Below are positions 1-13,100 of a DNA stretch of 64,000 nt, piece after piece. Source of the DNA: Amoebophrya sp. A120 (lineage: Eukaryota > Protista > Dinoflagellata). Under the pieces are notes generated by a model. The model was not told the origin of the DNA. It made no database searches and saw only the letters and a program-made list of their open reading frames with translations. The stretch covers positions 2,954,658-3,018,657 of the forward strand of contig CAJINV010000006.1 in the NCBI GenBank assembly GCA_905178155.1, in the 5' to 3' direction. The translations under genes were made by a program, and so were the position numbers. Positions within the stretch are counted from its first letter, which is position 1. Every line of letters begins with the position of its first letter.

Positions 1-117
1 TTTTCCAAGCCAGATGAGCATGACAAACTCCATTTGTCATGTTGAGGAAATTTCTAATGCAGTGGCTACTAGTATACGAGTTCTAGGTCTAGTGCGATTA
101 CTTTTTGCACTTCATAC

Positions 118-1160
118 TTACAGCTTGGACGGCCGTTAGAAATCATCTTGGCGAATTTCTTGCGAATTTATAGGGGAAAGACCCGCAGCGCGGCCTGGGC
201 ATTGGTGTCGGGCTTGGGATTCTGCGTTGCCAACGCATCTATGACGCCCCGCTCGTATTCCGCGTCTTTTTGGTGTCCCGACGAGGAGGGGCAAAACCAG
301 CAAAATCTTTCCGCGCCGGGCGCCTTGGTCGGTGCCCGAGTTTTGGGCCCAGTGGCTGCACTAATGTGCCCCACCTAGGAGCACCATCGCGCCACACCGG
401 GAACAGAGCTCGCGCGCGATGGACAGGGAGGGCATCAATTGCACCCCCTTCCCCCTGAGTTGTCCTCGAATGCCAAGAGTTTTGCTCTTGCGACAGGTGG
501 GCACAAATCTGTGCATTTTGGAACACAAGGCCTCGGGACTTGGTCTACAGATTTTGCCTCTGCGAATTTAGAAAAGTGGCCCTCGCGAATTTCGCGCGAA
601 TTTAGAAAAGTGGCCCTCGCGAATTTCGAAAGCCCGACCTGAAATTGCGTTTTTTTCTAAATTCGCGCGAAATTCGCGAGGGCCACTTTTCTAAATTCGC
701 AGAGGCCGCTTTTGCAAATTCGCACGGGCCACCTTTGTAAATTCGCAAATCGAGAATACCGCCCTGATTGGGCATGCCTTTAAACGCTTAGCCCGATGGT
801 GCTCTGGTGTTCCAACTTTAGCAAAATTCAAAAATTACATCTGAAGCCGCATGGTATGACGAGAAAGCGGCTGTGATTGTGCGTGACGGCGTTAAAAGTT
901 TCGCATCTGGCGCAAAAAGCTGCTGCTCATAATTGACGCCGTGGCAGTTTCTAAGCCGGCGCCTGTCGCATCGAAAGCGAAGAGGCCCCCTCGATGGTGA
1001 GGCACGGGAAACGCAGCAAATTTCCTTGCGTCCCTCGGAAGGGCATGGGACCGCGAACAGGGTGGCCACGTGATTGGCCACCAGACGTTGGCGCTTGGGT
1101 TTGCGCTGAAATTCGCTTGAAATTCGCGCCTGCTCTTTCTAATGGGTGCCCAAGCTCTAA
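118..1160. mobile_element. Non-autonomous hAT-like TIR element (8-bp TSD)
   Basis: TIR TTACAGCTTGGACGGCCGTTAGAAA versus reverse complement TTAGAGCTTGGGCACCCATTAGAAA. TSD CTTCATAC at 110-117 and 1161-1168. Internal GCGAATTT repeats. The hAT label rests only on the TSD length. Confidence 0.7.
556..706. repeat. Perfect ~54-bp inverted repeat inside the hAT-like element
   Basis: 556-609 GCCTCTGCGAATTTAGAAAAGTGGCCCTCGCGAATTTCGCGCGAATTTAGAAAA is the reverse complement of 653-706. Confidence 0.9.
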
Positions 1161-1167
1161 CTTCATA

Positions 1168-4100
1168 CGAGCTTGGCGCAGCAGAAGAGTAAGAAGCTGA
1201 AGGAAGCGGAATTGAGAATCGAGAAGGAGAGACGCGAACACACGGCGGAGAAGGAGCAGCTGGTGAAAAAAGTCCGGATTCTGAACACGACAAAAATTCC
1301 GGAAATGACCAAGAAGATCCGGTATGAACTGCAAAAGCATCGTACTAGTACAAATTGCATTACAAATTTTCTCAGCATGACAAATGCAATTTGTAATGCT
1401 GTTTTACCTTAGGAAGAAGATTTGTCATGCATATTTGCAATTAGTACGAGTACGATACTTTTGCACAGGATATCCGGCTACTGGAGAAGAAAAACGCGGT
1501 CTACGTGAAAGAACTATCGCCAGAAAAAACTGTTTCACTGTAAACTTGTAATGCAGAGAATGCATCTCACAAGTGTTTGTCTTGCTACACATGCAAGACA
1601 GTGGATTCTTAGCTGTGTTTTCCCTTAGGAACCTTGCATGGCAAATTTTCTCTGTCATGTAGAGCAAACCTGTGATGCAAAACCTGCAAAATCCTTACAG
1701 TGAAACACTTTTTTCGTACGATAAGAACTGAAGGAAACCGAGAAAAAAAACGCGGACCTGAAAATTTTGGTCCAGACGAGCGGCGTAAGTGCCGTGGGGT
1801 GTGCCGCTGGTGCGAAAAACGATTCGTCCACGACAGCACAGCAAAGAAACACTTCTTCTGCGCAACATCATGACTCTCTGTCCATCTCCCACCACACTCA
1901 CGCGCAAAAACTCCAGCCGCTGGCGCATATCCAAGAAAAAAAGATTGTCCGGTATAAGTTTCTTGGAGGAACAGCATGACAAATCCGTTCTCTGGCATGA
2001 GAGCAAAAACCTGTCATGCGCAGATGGTTGTACGGAAAAACGCCACTGAATGGACCTCCCAATGCATGCCCAGCATGACAGACGCAATCATCTTGCAGGT
2101 TGCGCATCACAAACAATGTTCTTTTTTTCGATAGCGCAGCAAATTCGACTACTGAAACAGACGGAGGAGGACCGGCAAGAGCTGGCGTGGAGTATATCAA
2201 AGAAAAAAAGTTCGTCACGATCACTGATGCGCATTTTTGCATTGCAAAACTTTCGGTCATGCGTAAAAATGCACCACAGCCAGTGCCAGACTTCCTAAGG
2301 GGTTTCCCTAAGTTGTACTGTTTCTGCAATACAAGTAGGAAAAGTTGTCATGCTAAAAAAAATTGTAGATGCAAAGCCAAAGCCAGCAAGTTAGTGATTG
2401 TGACAAACTTTTTTCCCTCCATAGAAAAACCGGGAGCTGCAGTGCCGTATCAACTGTAAAAATGTCTGGGTCTGGAAGATTCTGACACTTGTCATGCACG
2501 TTTTGCATGAGCCATGACGTCTGTGATGCATACCCTAGCAATGCAGATTTTTTGAGGGCTTCTTGATGCCTATTCCGCATGGCAAATGCCTTCTCAGCGT
2601 AGCAAAAATTGCACTCCCTTTGCTACTCATGCAATACAGATTTTTTTGGAATCCAAATGCAGCATCACAAGTTCATTCTTCCAGTAGACCCAGACATTTT
2701 TGCATTTGATATGCCGGGTGTTCGATTTGGAAGAGCAGTTAGAGGTTTACCGGACGTATGCCTTGCAAATACGTCTGGGTCTGGAATAATTGGAATTTGC
2801 GATGCAAATTCTGGAACACACAAAAATTTGTGTTGCCTGAGCGCCACCCGTTGCCCATTTCTTGGTACGCAAGTAGGAACAAGTTGCTTATGCGGGACAC
2901 CAGGCATCAAGTAGAGGCGTGCCCAAAACCTGTGATGCTTTTGCCTGCATGAGACACCATTTGCCTGATCCGAAATATGCATGACAAACAATTGTGCACT
3001 CTTCCAGACCCGGACATGTTTGCAATGGATAGGACGCAGATCCAGTTGCTCATGAAGCAGCAGCAAGGCCAAGGAAATTCAAATTACAATGCTGATTCGG
3101 CTACAGGAAGTACAAGTAGTGCAACAGGTGGAGCTCTTCTTGTGCCACCAGCATCTACAACTTCTGCGAGCGGGAGTGAGGACCGAAAAGAAGCAGCAGC
3201 TCATGTAGTTTCGTCACTACATCAAAGCCAAGCTGCCCATGAAAAAAATGCTGTCCCGTCTACTGCGCCTGCTCTAACTTCTTGTTCTTCATCCCTCAAG
3301 AACGACGTGAGCGAGGAAGGAAGAATGGACCAAGTCGCACCGCCAGGAACAAAAGATGTAGTTGTTTCCCCGCCGGTTGCATCCGCGACCGCTCCAGAAA
3401 TACTAGGAACAGATCATAGTACCACACTTCTATCCCATCTACCGGCGCGTGCGTTGCGAAGCAGTGTTTCCGTGACGGCGGAAAGGAGAGGAACCACAGC
3501 ACACCAGCAGGGGGCACGACCAGGCGCTCCGCCCCCAGCGTCGAAAAATCAAGTGCAGAAAGACTTGTACGGAACAAGTTTTGATAACAGGACTGGTCGT
3601 GGTGCAAGAATGGGGAGTAGTGGTCGCAAGCGCAACTCTTACGTCGGTGAGTACAACTCTAGTAGCCGCTCGAGGTCAGGATCGTCATCACCGGTGAAAA
3701 TAAGTCCGTCGATAGCTAGAACTACAGGTCCTCGGGAGGGGCCGCGGAGAGATCAAGATCCAGCTTCAGAGAAGACAGCTGGTAATATAATAAAAACCGG
3801 AGCTGCTCCTGTGGCGGTGGCCGCAACTAGTAGTACGGCAGAAGCATCGTCACGAGCCCCGCCGACCGGAGCAGCGGGGAAAACCACACCAAAAACATCG
3901 TCCCCCACGAAGCTGTATCAAGTGCAAATATGTCTCCGTCTGGAAGGATGCAACTTGTGATGCTACGGTCCAAAGGTAGCCTACCTTTGGACTCTACATA
4001 TATCAAAATCTGTATTGCATAAACAGTAAAAGAGGTGTAATGTCGTGTGCTACGCAGAGAGGGCATTTCTCATGCGGTATGAGCATGATCAGAAAGCCCT

Positions 4101-7100
4101 CGCAATATCTCTGATGCTAGGGCATGCATCACAGACCTCATGGGTCATGCAAAATCTGCATGACAGACATACTCCTGCATTCTTCCAGATCCATACTTTT
4201 TTGCAATCCATAAGCTGAACCCCAGTCCGGACTTCTGGACGAAGCAGATTCACAAGCTGGCCGCGCGAGGGGGAGATGGTGCACCAAGCTCTTCGTTTGC
4301 CTCTATCAGGGGGACGAAAAACCTCTATTAAAAAGAAAAATCCCCCCTCCCCGCATCGGAAACGAAATTTGTGATGCTGTATTTGAGTACACAAATCGAC
4401 TTGTATTGCTAGAAGGCCAAGAGACGCAGTTGTGGCCTGAATTGCAGGGAATTTGTCATGCTGTTTCCCACTTCCAGTTGCCTCGCGTCGTGCTGGAGAT
4501 GCAACACTTTCCCACGCTAGCTAGCACTACAGTCCGCATCTTTTGCCTTCTAGCATCACAATGCTGATTTGTGACCACAAATCTGCATCACAGACTTCCG
4601 TTTTGATATGGGGAGGGGGGATTTTTGTTCTTGATAACCTCGCGGCGGCGTCGTGGTCTCCAGCCGGGAATAGCAATAGGATCAGAGCTATGCATTGCAA
4701 ATGTCCCTGGATGTCTGGAAGAGTGCAACTTGTGATGCTGCATTTGGATTCTAGAAAAATCTGTGTTCTTGCATGAGCAGCAATGGGTGGAATGTCATTT
4801 TTGCTACGCGGTAGTAGGGGTATTTGTCATGCGGAATAGGCATGATCAAGAAGCCTGGAAAAAATCTGTGATGCTAGGGCATGCAACACAGATCGATCAC
4901 GGCTCATGCAAAACGTGCACGACAAGTCTCAGAATCATCTTCCAGACATCCAGGGATCATATCTGCATTTGATAAGAGCTAGCGGTGCCGGAGATCATGA
5001 CCCCGCGCCGGTGCAGTTCCAAGACGCCCCTGTGGCGAAGCTTAGCACCCTTGGAACAGCAGGGTCATTATCAAGTGGGGCGGCCTCTTTTTCGACATCT
5101 TTGCCGTCGATGAAAAAGGACTATTTACTTGAGGACTTGCTAAACCGCCACTCCGATGTGGACTTTCACCTGACGAAAAGTGCTACTGAGTCCTTGGAAC
5201 TGCATATGACATTGCACAAGAACTACACCCCTGCAGGAGCTTGATTGGATTCGTCATGCGAAGGCGCGATGGACATCCCAGCCGGTGCTACCTTGAGATA
5301 AGTTAGTAGGGCTGCCACGCATGACTATGACAAGCTAGCGCACTCCAAACCGAATTGCATTCCGTGATTGGGTTTGTCATGCAGAAGCTACGTAGTTCTT
5401 TCCACTGCTGTTGTTTTTGTTGCTGTTCATCATGCCAACATACAAATGAGGAGGAGAAGTAGAGGAACTTGTGCATTGTCATACTGCAGGCTTTGCGGAA
5501 GCAGATCGCGACTTTGCGGAAGGAGATAATACCCTACGTGTACACGAACGGAGACGACAAACCAGATGAGGCGCAGGTGGAAATACAAGTAAAAGAACAG
5601 CAGACCGGACGTCGAGAAGAAGTGTTAAAAGAGGCAAAAGCAGCTACATCGCTGCAGCAAGACAGGAACCACGCCCACGTTCAGGAGAGGGACAGCCACT
5701 CATTCTTGTCCAGTAGCACAGAAAAGAGCGATGTTGGCGTTGGCCAGGAGCACGTAGGACCACGCGAAAGAGCTACTGCCACAAGTGCGCCCATGTTCAA
5801 CAAAAATTTGCTCTGTAGCGAGAACCACCTGGACTACCGAAAACAAGGTAATAAAATTACAGATGCATCCGAGGAACGACAATGTGAAGACCTGAGTGCT
5901 GGCCTCTGTGCTGGTATAAGAACATCAACCAGCAGAGGCACTGATGTGAAAACAGACCTGAAAGCGATTGACGACATGCGGAATTTTATCAGGAATTGGA
6001 GCTCGGCGAAGTTTGAAGAGCAGGATAGTAAAAACAACCACGAAAAGATTATGCAGCAAGACGAGCAGGAGATGGAGAACAACGCCACCAGTGACATCAA
6101 CCTCTCGACCACATCTTCAACAAACGCGGTAGAAGTAAAAGCAAGAACATCGTCGTCCACCAAGGCCGTACTAGCAGAGAAAAACTACACTAGCTCCTCA
6201 TCTTCCTGCGAGAGTCCCAAGCAAGTCCCCTGGGCAATTTCTTCCTTCGGCGGAAGATTTTTATGCACTGCAAAAATGTCATCTGGGCTTCTGGAAATTT
6301 GTGTTTCTGTTGATAGTCGCATCCGCGTAGGGTAGCTCCTGCTTGCATGGCATAGCAGCATCAGAAGCTCTGCGAGGCACGAGCTCATTACAGACTCACT
6401 TTCGAAGCGCATGACAAACTGAGTTTTATCTTTTACAGCGTGACAAAAAAACTGGGTAGTCGTATTTTATTATGCATCACAAATCATGATCCTCTTCCTC
6501 GCTGTCCTTCATCATTCGCATCACTACAAATGGATCCCGACCCAGATCTTCGATAATTTGCAATGCATACTTTTTCGGCAGTAGCAACATCACGAAAAAT
6601 ACAAACACTGGCCTGCTCGTCAACAGTAGCGGCTCGGCGAATATCCTGTGCAAAAGTACGTACTAATCGCAGTCATGCAAGACAAATTTCTTTTTCAAGC
6701 TAAATCAGCATGAGAAATTCCATGTGTCATGCCGAGCTTTGCAATACTACGAGTGCGATACTTTTGCAGTTCATAGCGAATTATACAAATTTGCAGGAGG
6801 AGGTAACGTGTGACGACCTGGCACTGACCAACGTTTTAGAAGTAGACGACCAAGTTTTACTTGTGAGCAATAAAGAGCAGCAAGATCATCTTCAACCTGG
6901 TGAACAAAATCATCTACGAAGGACGCTAAAAGCTGCAGATGAGCAGGCCCCCGCTGCTGCACCAGGACGAGGACCAAACCCTGCTTCATCTGCTGGCGCT
7001 GCAGCACGCCCAGGATCTGCTTCTAGAGCAGGCCAACATCAGTCGAGTTGTTCTAGTAGAGCAGGCCGCTTGGACTCCATTTCTGTAAATCAGAGCCTCG

Positions 7101-10100
7101 GAACGATGACCGAAGCGTCTTCGGGGGTTCTGTTTGCCTCCGTGCTCGCAGGAAGCTGCGAAGTAAAATCGGCAACGAGCCGCAGAAGCGAGCAGAGTGC
7201 GATGAGTGGGTGGCAAGGTGGTAGTGCCACTTTTGTTGGCGGTGGAGGAACTGAAGATCATCAAAACGCAAAAATACAACTGCAAAACCCGCCAGCAATT
7301 GCAACACAGAGGAGCACGACCGACAACTACCAGCAGGAACAAGGTTTCACCATCCCGCAGAGCGGTGGTAGTAGTAAGAGAACGGGTGGAGCGTCTTCGG
7401 GCGCCTCGGAAGATAGTAAAGTAGACCACCGGACGAGCTTTCTCACGAGTTACCACTCGCTCTACCTCGACAGCGTGGTTTATGGAAGCGTCAGGATTGA
7501 AATCGTAAAAGTTGAATTAGTTTGTGATGCATAAAATGCAACCCACACAGTGCCTGTCTTGGAGAGTAGGCAAGGGAGGCAGATTTCAAGCCTATTGAGG
7601 GGTAGAAATCGGGCTGCTAAAGTAGCACGACAAAAGGGATCTTCCTTACCCAAATAGCATGACAAACTGGATTTCGGTTCTACCCAAATTTGTCATGCGC
7701 CACTTGGAAACTGGTTTACAACTGGCATCCGTTTTATGCATCACAAATTATTTCAACTTTTAGGATTTCGATCCTGACGCTTCCATATGGTTTTACAGCC
7801 GGCGGGGACCACGAGAAGTAGTCGAGACGACGGCGGGAAGACAGAGAATACACACGGAGGTGGAGCTGCAACGGTTTTCCACAATGAAGACCTTTATTCG
7901 GAGCAGAACAGCACGATGGGACAAGACCTAGCCGCTTCCGGGGGTATGATTCCGGCCGGCCCCCCATCCGTCGTAGAAACCCACGAGTGGTCCTGTCACG
8001 AGGACTCCGATGCGGTATCAACTGCAAATATGTCCAGGTCTGGAAACTTACTTGTGATGCAAGGCAGGGAACATTTCATTAGTGCGCACACTGTATTGCG
8101 CTCCTGTCAAGCATGACAAGTGTTTCCGCGGTTCTGAGTTGCGTACTCCGCATGAGAAACTGCGCTTTCGCATTACAGCCAAGAGGAGCTCATCTTCGCG
8201 GCCACGCAATAGAGAGTTCAGAGCCAACACCCAGACAAGCATGACAACTCTCGGAATTTTCCAGACTCAGACATACTTGCAGCGCATGCGCGGACGAACA
8301 AGGGACCATCAACTCAGGTCGTGCCAGCGATCTTCATATGGAGCGGTTGGTCGGGGCACTGGAGCACGCGACGGGCGGTCCTACTGCTGCTGCAAGTGAT
8401 TTTTCGCCGCGACGAGGGCCCGTTCTTCTAGTAGCGCACGAAGAGAAACAAGAAGAACCTCCTGCCGTGAAGAAACAAGGCGCCCAAGTAGAGATGAACA
8501 ACGATGTTGACGTGGACCACTACGATCATCGCGCGGCCGGGGACAACATCAACGGCGCAACTCCTGAGCGTCTAGAAGTTGTACCCAAGAACGAACCTTC
8601 CTACGCCGAGGAAGTGGAGGAAGAAGTTCGGCTAGACAACATGATGTCACAACCTACACAGCAAGAAAACTGTGTTACAGCTAGTACAGGAGATTCACAG
8701 ATGAAGTTTGGCACCACGGACAAGGACAACTTCGACCACCTCGTCCACTGCGAAGATGACAACGCCAACAACAATATCGAAGATATGGCGTTCTCAACCG
8801 TTACATCCTCAACTGTTACATGGATTTGTGATGCAAGAACGGCAACAGTGAAAGAGGGGACCTTGCGCGTCTTGCATGACAGATTTCGCACGGATTCTCA
8901 GCCTGTTGGGCTCTTCGAGAATTTGTATTGCGAAGCCGCTTGATCATCGTGTCGATTCTGATTGCAATTCTGCATGACAAATCATGTAACAGTTGAAAAT
9001 GTAACATTTGAGAACGCCATAGAAGAGGAAATTTTCCAGTCCCTTGAAGATATGGAAGTGAAAAACAGGTTTGCGACTACCGCGAACCCGGACTACCTAT
9101 CAAGTGCAAAAGTATCTAGGTCTGGAAGAATGCATGGTTGTCATGGAAGTTTGGCATGACTCTTGAATCTGTCATGCACGTTGCCCAAGCGCTCCATTTT
9201 TCTTTCATGCAGAAACGCAGTTTGTCATGCAGAATAGGCAACAACTAGAAGCTCAGAAACTTGTCATGCTGAGCCAGCACTTGTGGCGTCATCATGATAC
9301 GCCACCCAGCATCACAAGTTTCCAGACCCAGTAGACATTTTTGCATTTGATACTATCCGAGCTTTTTCGATTCTGCGGTGGAAACGGAAACGGAGGTATC
9401 AAATGCAAATATGTCTGGGTCTGGAAGATTGTGAGACTTGTCATGCTTGTCTGGCATGACCAAAAAGTTTGTGATGCGTTTCCAAAAAGAGATCCTTTTG
9501 CCTGTCATGCAAAAACGCAGTTTGTCATGCGAAAAACGCAACACAAGGAAGCGCAGATATTTCTCATGCTTGGCGGTGCATTGCAGAGCATTCACTGTTC
9601 CCAACGCAGCATTACGAGTTTCCAGACCCAGTCATTTTTGCAGTTGATAGGAGGTGTGTGATGCGGAGGAAGATGAGCAGCATGGGGATGAAAACCAAGA
9701 TTGTCCACCTCGTGGATCATCCGACGTTGGTAATATCAAAGATTCCACTTCTACTACTTCTGCGACCGAGCAAAGCGAAGAGGTGAGGACTTTTTCCGAC
9801 GCTTTAAGGACCGCATTGGAGAAGGAAGTTGAGAGAAAGTTTGCTGGTGAAAATGACGGAGCGGATTCTGTTTATGCATTGCAAATATGTCTGGGTCTGG
9901 AACGATGCAAACTTGTGATGCGGATGCTGGAACACGCACAAATCTGTATTGCGTAGTCAGCAAAAGGTACCTGATTTTTGTCTCCAGAAAAGGGCATCTG
10001 TCTTCATGCGGAGAAGGCATTGAGAAGCCCCCACAGAGTTTGTCATGCTCTGTGTGCATTCCAGACCTTTTTGTAGATGTGAAAGATGCATCACAAATGT

Positions 10101-13100
10101 CTAACTTCTTCCAGACCCAGACATATTGGCAGTGGATTCTGTTTCTCCCAGTGCAATAAAATCTTCTTCCAGTCCTGGCAAGAAACTAGAACACCATTGT
10201 CATTCCACAGCAGCAGAAATGAACCCCTCGTGTTCCTTGTCAGCGAAGAACCCCTCGCCCCTATCGTGAGGAAAAATCCCCCCTCCCCATATTGAAAAGG
10301 TATGTTTCCAAAAATTTGCGTTGCGGATTCGAGGTCACAAATCACATCTGTATCGCAAGAAGACAAGGGCAGAAGCTTCCGCCCCGTTATGGAAGCGATT
10401 TGTCATGCTGTTGGGCCTAAAGGAGAGCCGTTTGCCGTGCTGAACAACTAGGCCCGTACGCCCCTACCTAGCCTGGGGATCTGGCCGCCATGCCTCCCTG
10501 CAATACAAAGCTGATTTGTGGCCACAAATCAGCATCAGATATGGGGAGGGGGGATTTTTCATTTTGATACCCGCCCCCGAAGAAGCGACCTCTCCCCCCC
10601 TTTTTCACGAACGGAAGGCAAACGGCGAGTTCTTCGTCCTTCGCTGCGAATGGTGATTATGCAAGAAAAAATGTGAATGTAAGTCTGTAATGGAGAAAAT
10701 GCAAAACTGTTGACACTTGTCATGCTGAATCTGCGTCATACTCATAGGCTACTTTCATACGTGTTTCCGCGTGCAACTAGTTGCGCATGACAGGTTTTCC
10801 CTGTAATGCCAAACGAATCTGTGATGCTGCTCTTGCTTCCTACAAAGTTACACTTACACAGTTTTTTTCCTGGATAGTGATCTTGGAAAGAACTACAGAA
10901 GCGGAATTTTTAATCAGAAACATCAGCAAGGAGCTTTGATGTCCCCTTCGCGAGGAACTAGTAGCTCCTCAGCACAACAAGCGTCTTCTACTCTGCACAA
11001 AGCCACTGCAGCGTCCAACTCCCGGGCAACTGCGAACACGGCCACGCTGAAGCAGCAACAGTATCAAATGTAAATATGTAGTCTGGGTCTGGAAACTTGT
11101 GATGCTAAAATCTTGATGATGGAAACAGTTCCGAATGCAACTTAGCATGACAACTTTGCAGAAGGAATGCTTTCTTGTAGGCAATCCGCATCAGAAACTG
11201 TGTGTGCGCATGTACAAAAGAGGCTACGACTGTTGTAGCTTATGCAATACAGATTTTCATCTAGGTATGGAAACTTAGCATTACATCCGGACCCAGACAT
11301 GTTTGCAATGCATAAACAGCAAGCCGCGGGGTCGAGTACTGCTTCTAAAAGTGTTGAAAACAAGAAACTGATTCTCGCTTCCACAAGGATCGTATGAACT
11401 GCAAAAGTATCGTACTAGTAGAAATTGCATTACAAATTCACTTAGCATTACAAATTGAATTTGTAATGCAGATTTGCCTCAGCAAAGAGATTTGTAATGC
11501 ATAAACGCAATTAGTACGAGCACGATACTTTTGCACTGCGTAGATCGTGAAAACGGAAGCAGAAATCGCGGAAATCCGGGCGAAATCGAGGATCCACACG
11601 TTTTATCCTGTGCAAAAGTATCTGATACTCGTATTGCAATCATGCATTACCAATCTTTGTCTTAAGGTAAACCCGCATTACAAATTTTATTTCTCATGCT
11701 GAGAAAATTCGTAATGCAATTTATATATACGAGGACGATACTTTTCCTTTTGCAGTTCATACGTTTCCCGCTCCTGGCACGAATAGTAAGCCCAAGCCAA
11801 ATAAACTGGTACCGCAGCATATCCTCAGTAAAAACATCCTCACCCCAGAGTTGTCATGCAGATTTGCAACGGCAGGAAGATTTGTAATGCGCACCCCAAT
11901 GAGAGGCATTTCAAATCGTGTTTTGGAGGTTCTGATGCTGTAAACAGGATAGGTACATGGGTTTGTGATGCGGCTGCACTTGCTAGACTGCACGAGGAAC
12001 TTGTCGTTGTCATGCGTGACTCCCAAAGCTTCTGGATTTGTGTTGCAAGATCCCGAGCTTTACTCTGGTGTGGGGACGTTTTTACTCGCAATGCAGCAGC
12101 GTATTGACGTCAGGAAAAAGAGTCCCAATGAACAACTGCAGGAGCAAAATATCCTGAGTACAAACGTCCCCGCGCCAGAGTTAAGATGGGAAATCGGCTA
12201 TACAAATCAACAGCAAGCTCTGGCTGTTGCAGCGCATGACAACTGTGGTGGGTGCGCAGTGTAGTCGCATTCACCTAGTGCAGAAGCATCACAGATCTAG
12301 CAGCTCATGCGGATTTGAGCATCACAGATTCCGAAACGCAGTGAGAAAGCGCTCCTTTTGGGACTCCGCATCAGAAACATTTTGAGCGTGCAGATTTGCA
12401 TGACAAGTCTGGGATGGGGACGTTTTTAATACACAGGATACAAAATTTGTGCAAGGGAACGGGTGCGGAGGTAAGTGAATTCCTTTGCGCGGCTGGAGCA
12501 CCTGGGGCGATGCAGGGTACGAGATAGCACAACTCCCCCATCCCCTCATTTGTATGGTATGAGCAGCAATACAGCACCAGCGGAAATGGAGCCTGCCGCG
12601 CATGACAAATCTTCTACACACGGATTGTAGTGCTGTTTGTGTGGTTCCAAAATTTGTCATGCAAACTGCGCTTACAGACAAGATGTGGATTTGGGTTTTT
12701 GCATCACAAATGAGGGGGAGGGGTCGTGGTTGTGCACTTTCATACAGTGGCAGGGGCAAACAGGAGTGGAGGTGGATGACCAAGTGAAAGCGTACATGGA
12801 GATATGTATCAACTGCAAAAATGTCTGGGTCTGGAAGAGTCGGAACCTGTCATGCACATTTTGCATGACGCGTGAGGTCTGTGATGCTGGTGCTCGCATC
12901 ACAGAGTTTTTGAGAGCTTCTTGATGGTAATTACGCATGAGAAATGCCCTCTCCGCGTGCCAGGAGCTGACTCGTCTTGCTGCTCATGCAACACAGATAT
13001 TTTTAGAATCCGCAGACAGCATTACAAGTTCCACTGTTCCAGACCCAGACATTTTTGCAATCCATAATATGAGAGAGAACACGACAGCTCCCCCTCCCCC

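Noticed and set aside
2448-3031. CRISPR-like array of ~30-bp repeats with unique spacers
   Set aside because: The repeats are inverted pairs bounding elements with 5-bp TSDs, the 'spacers' are in-frame exons, and no cas genes are present.
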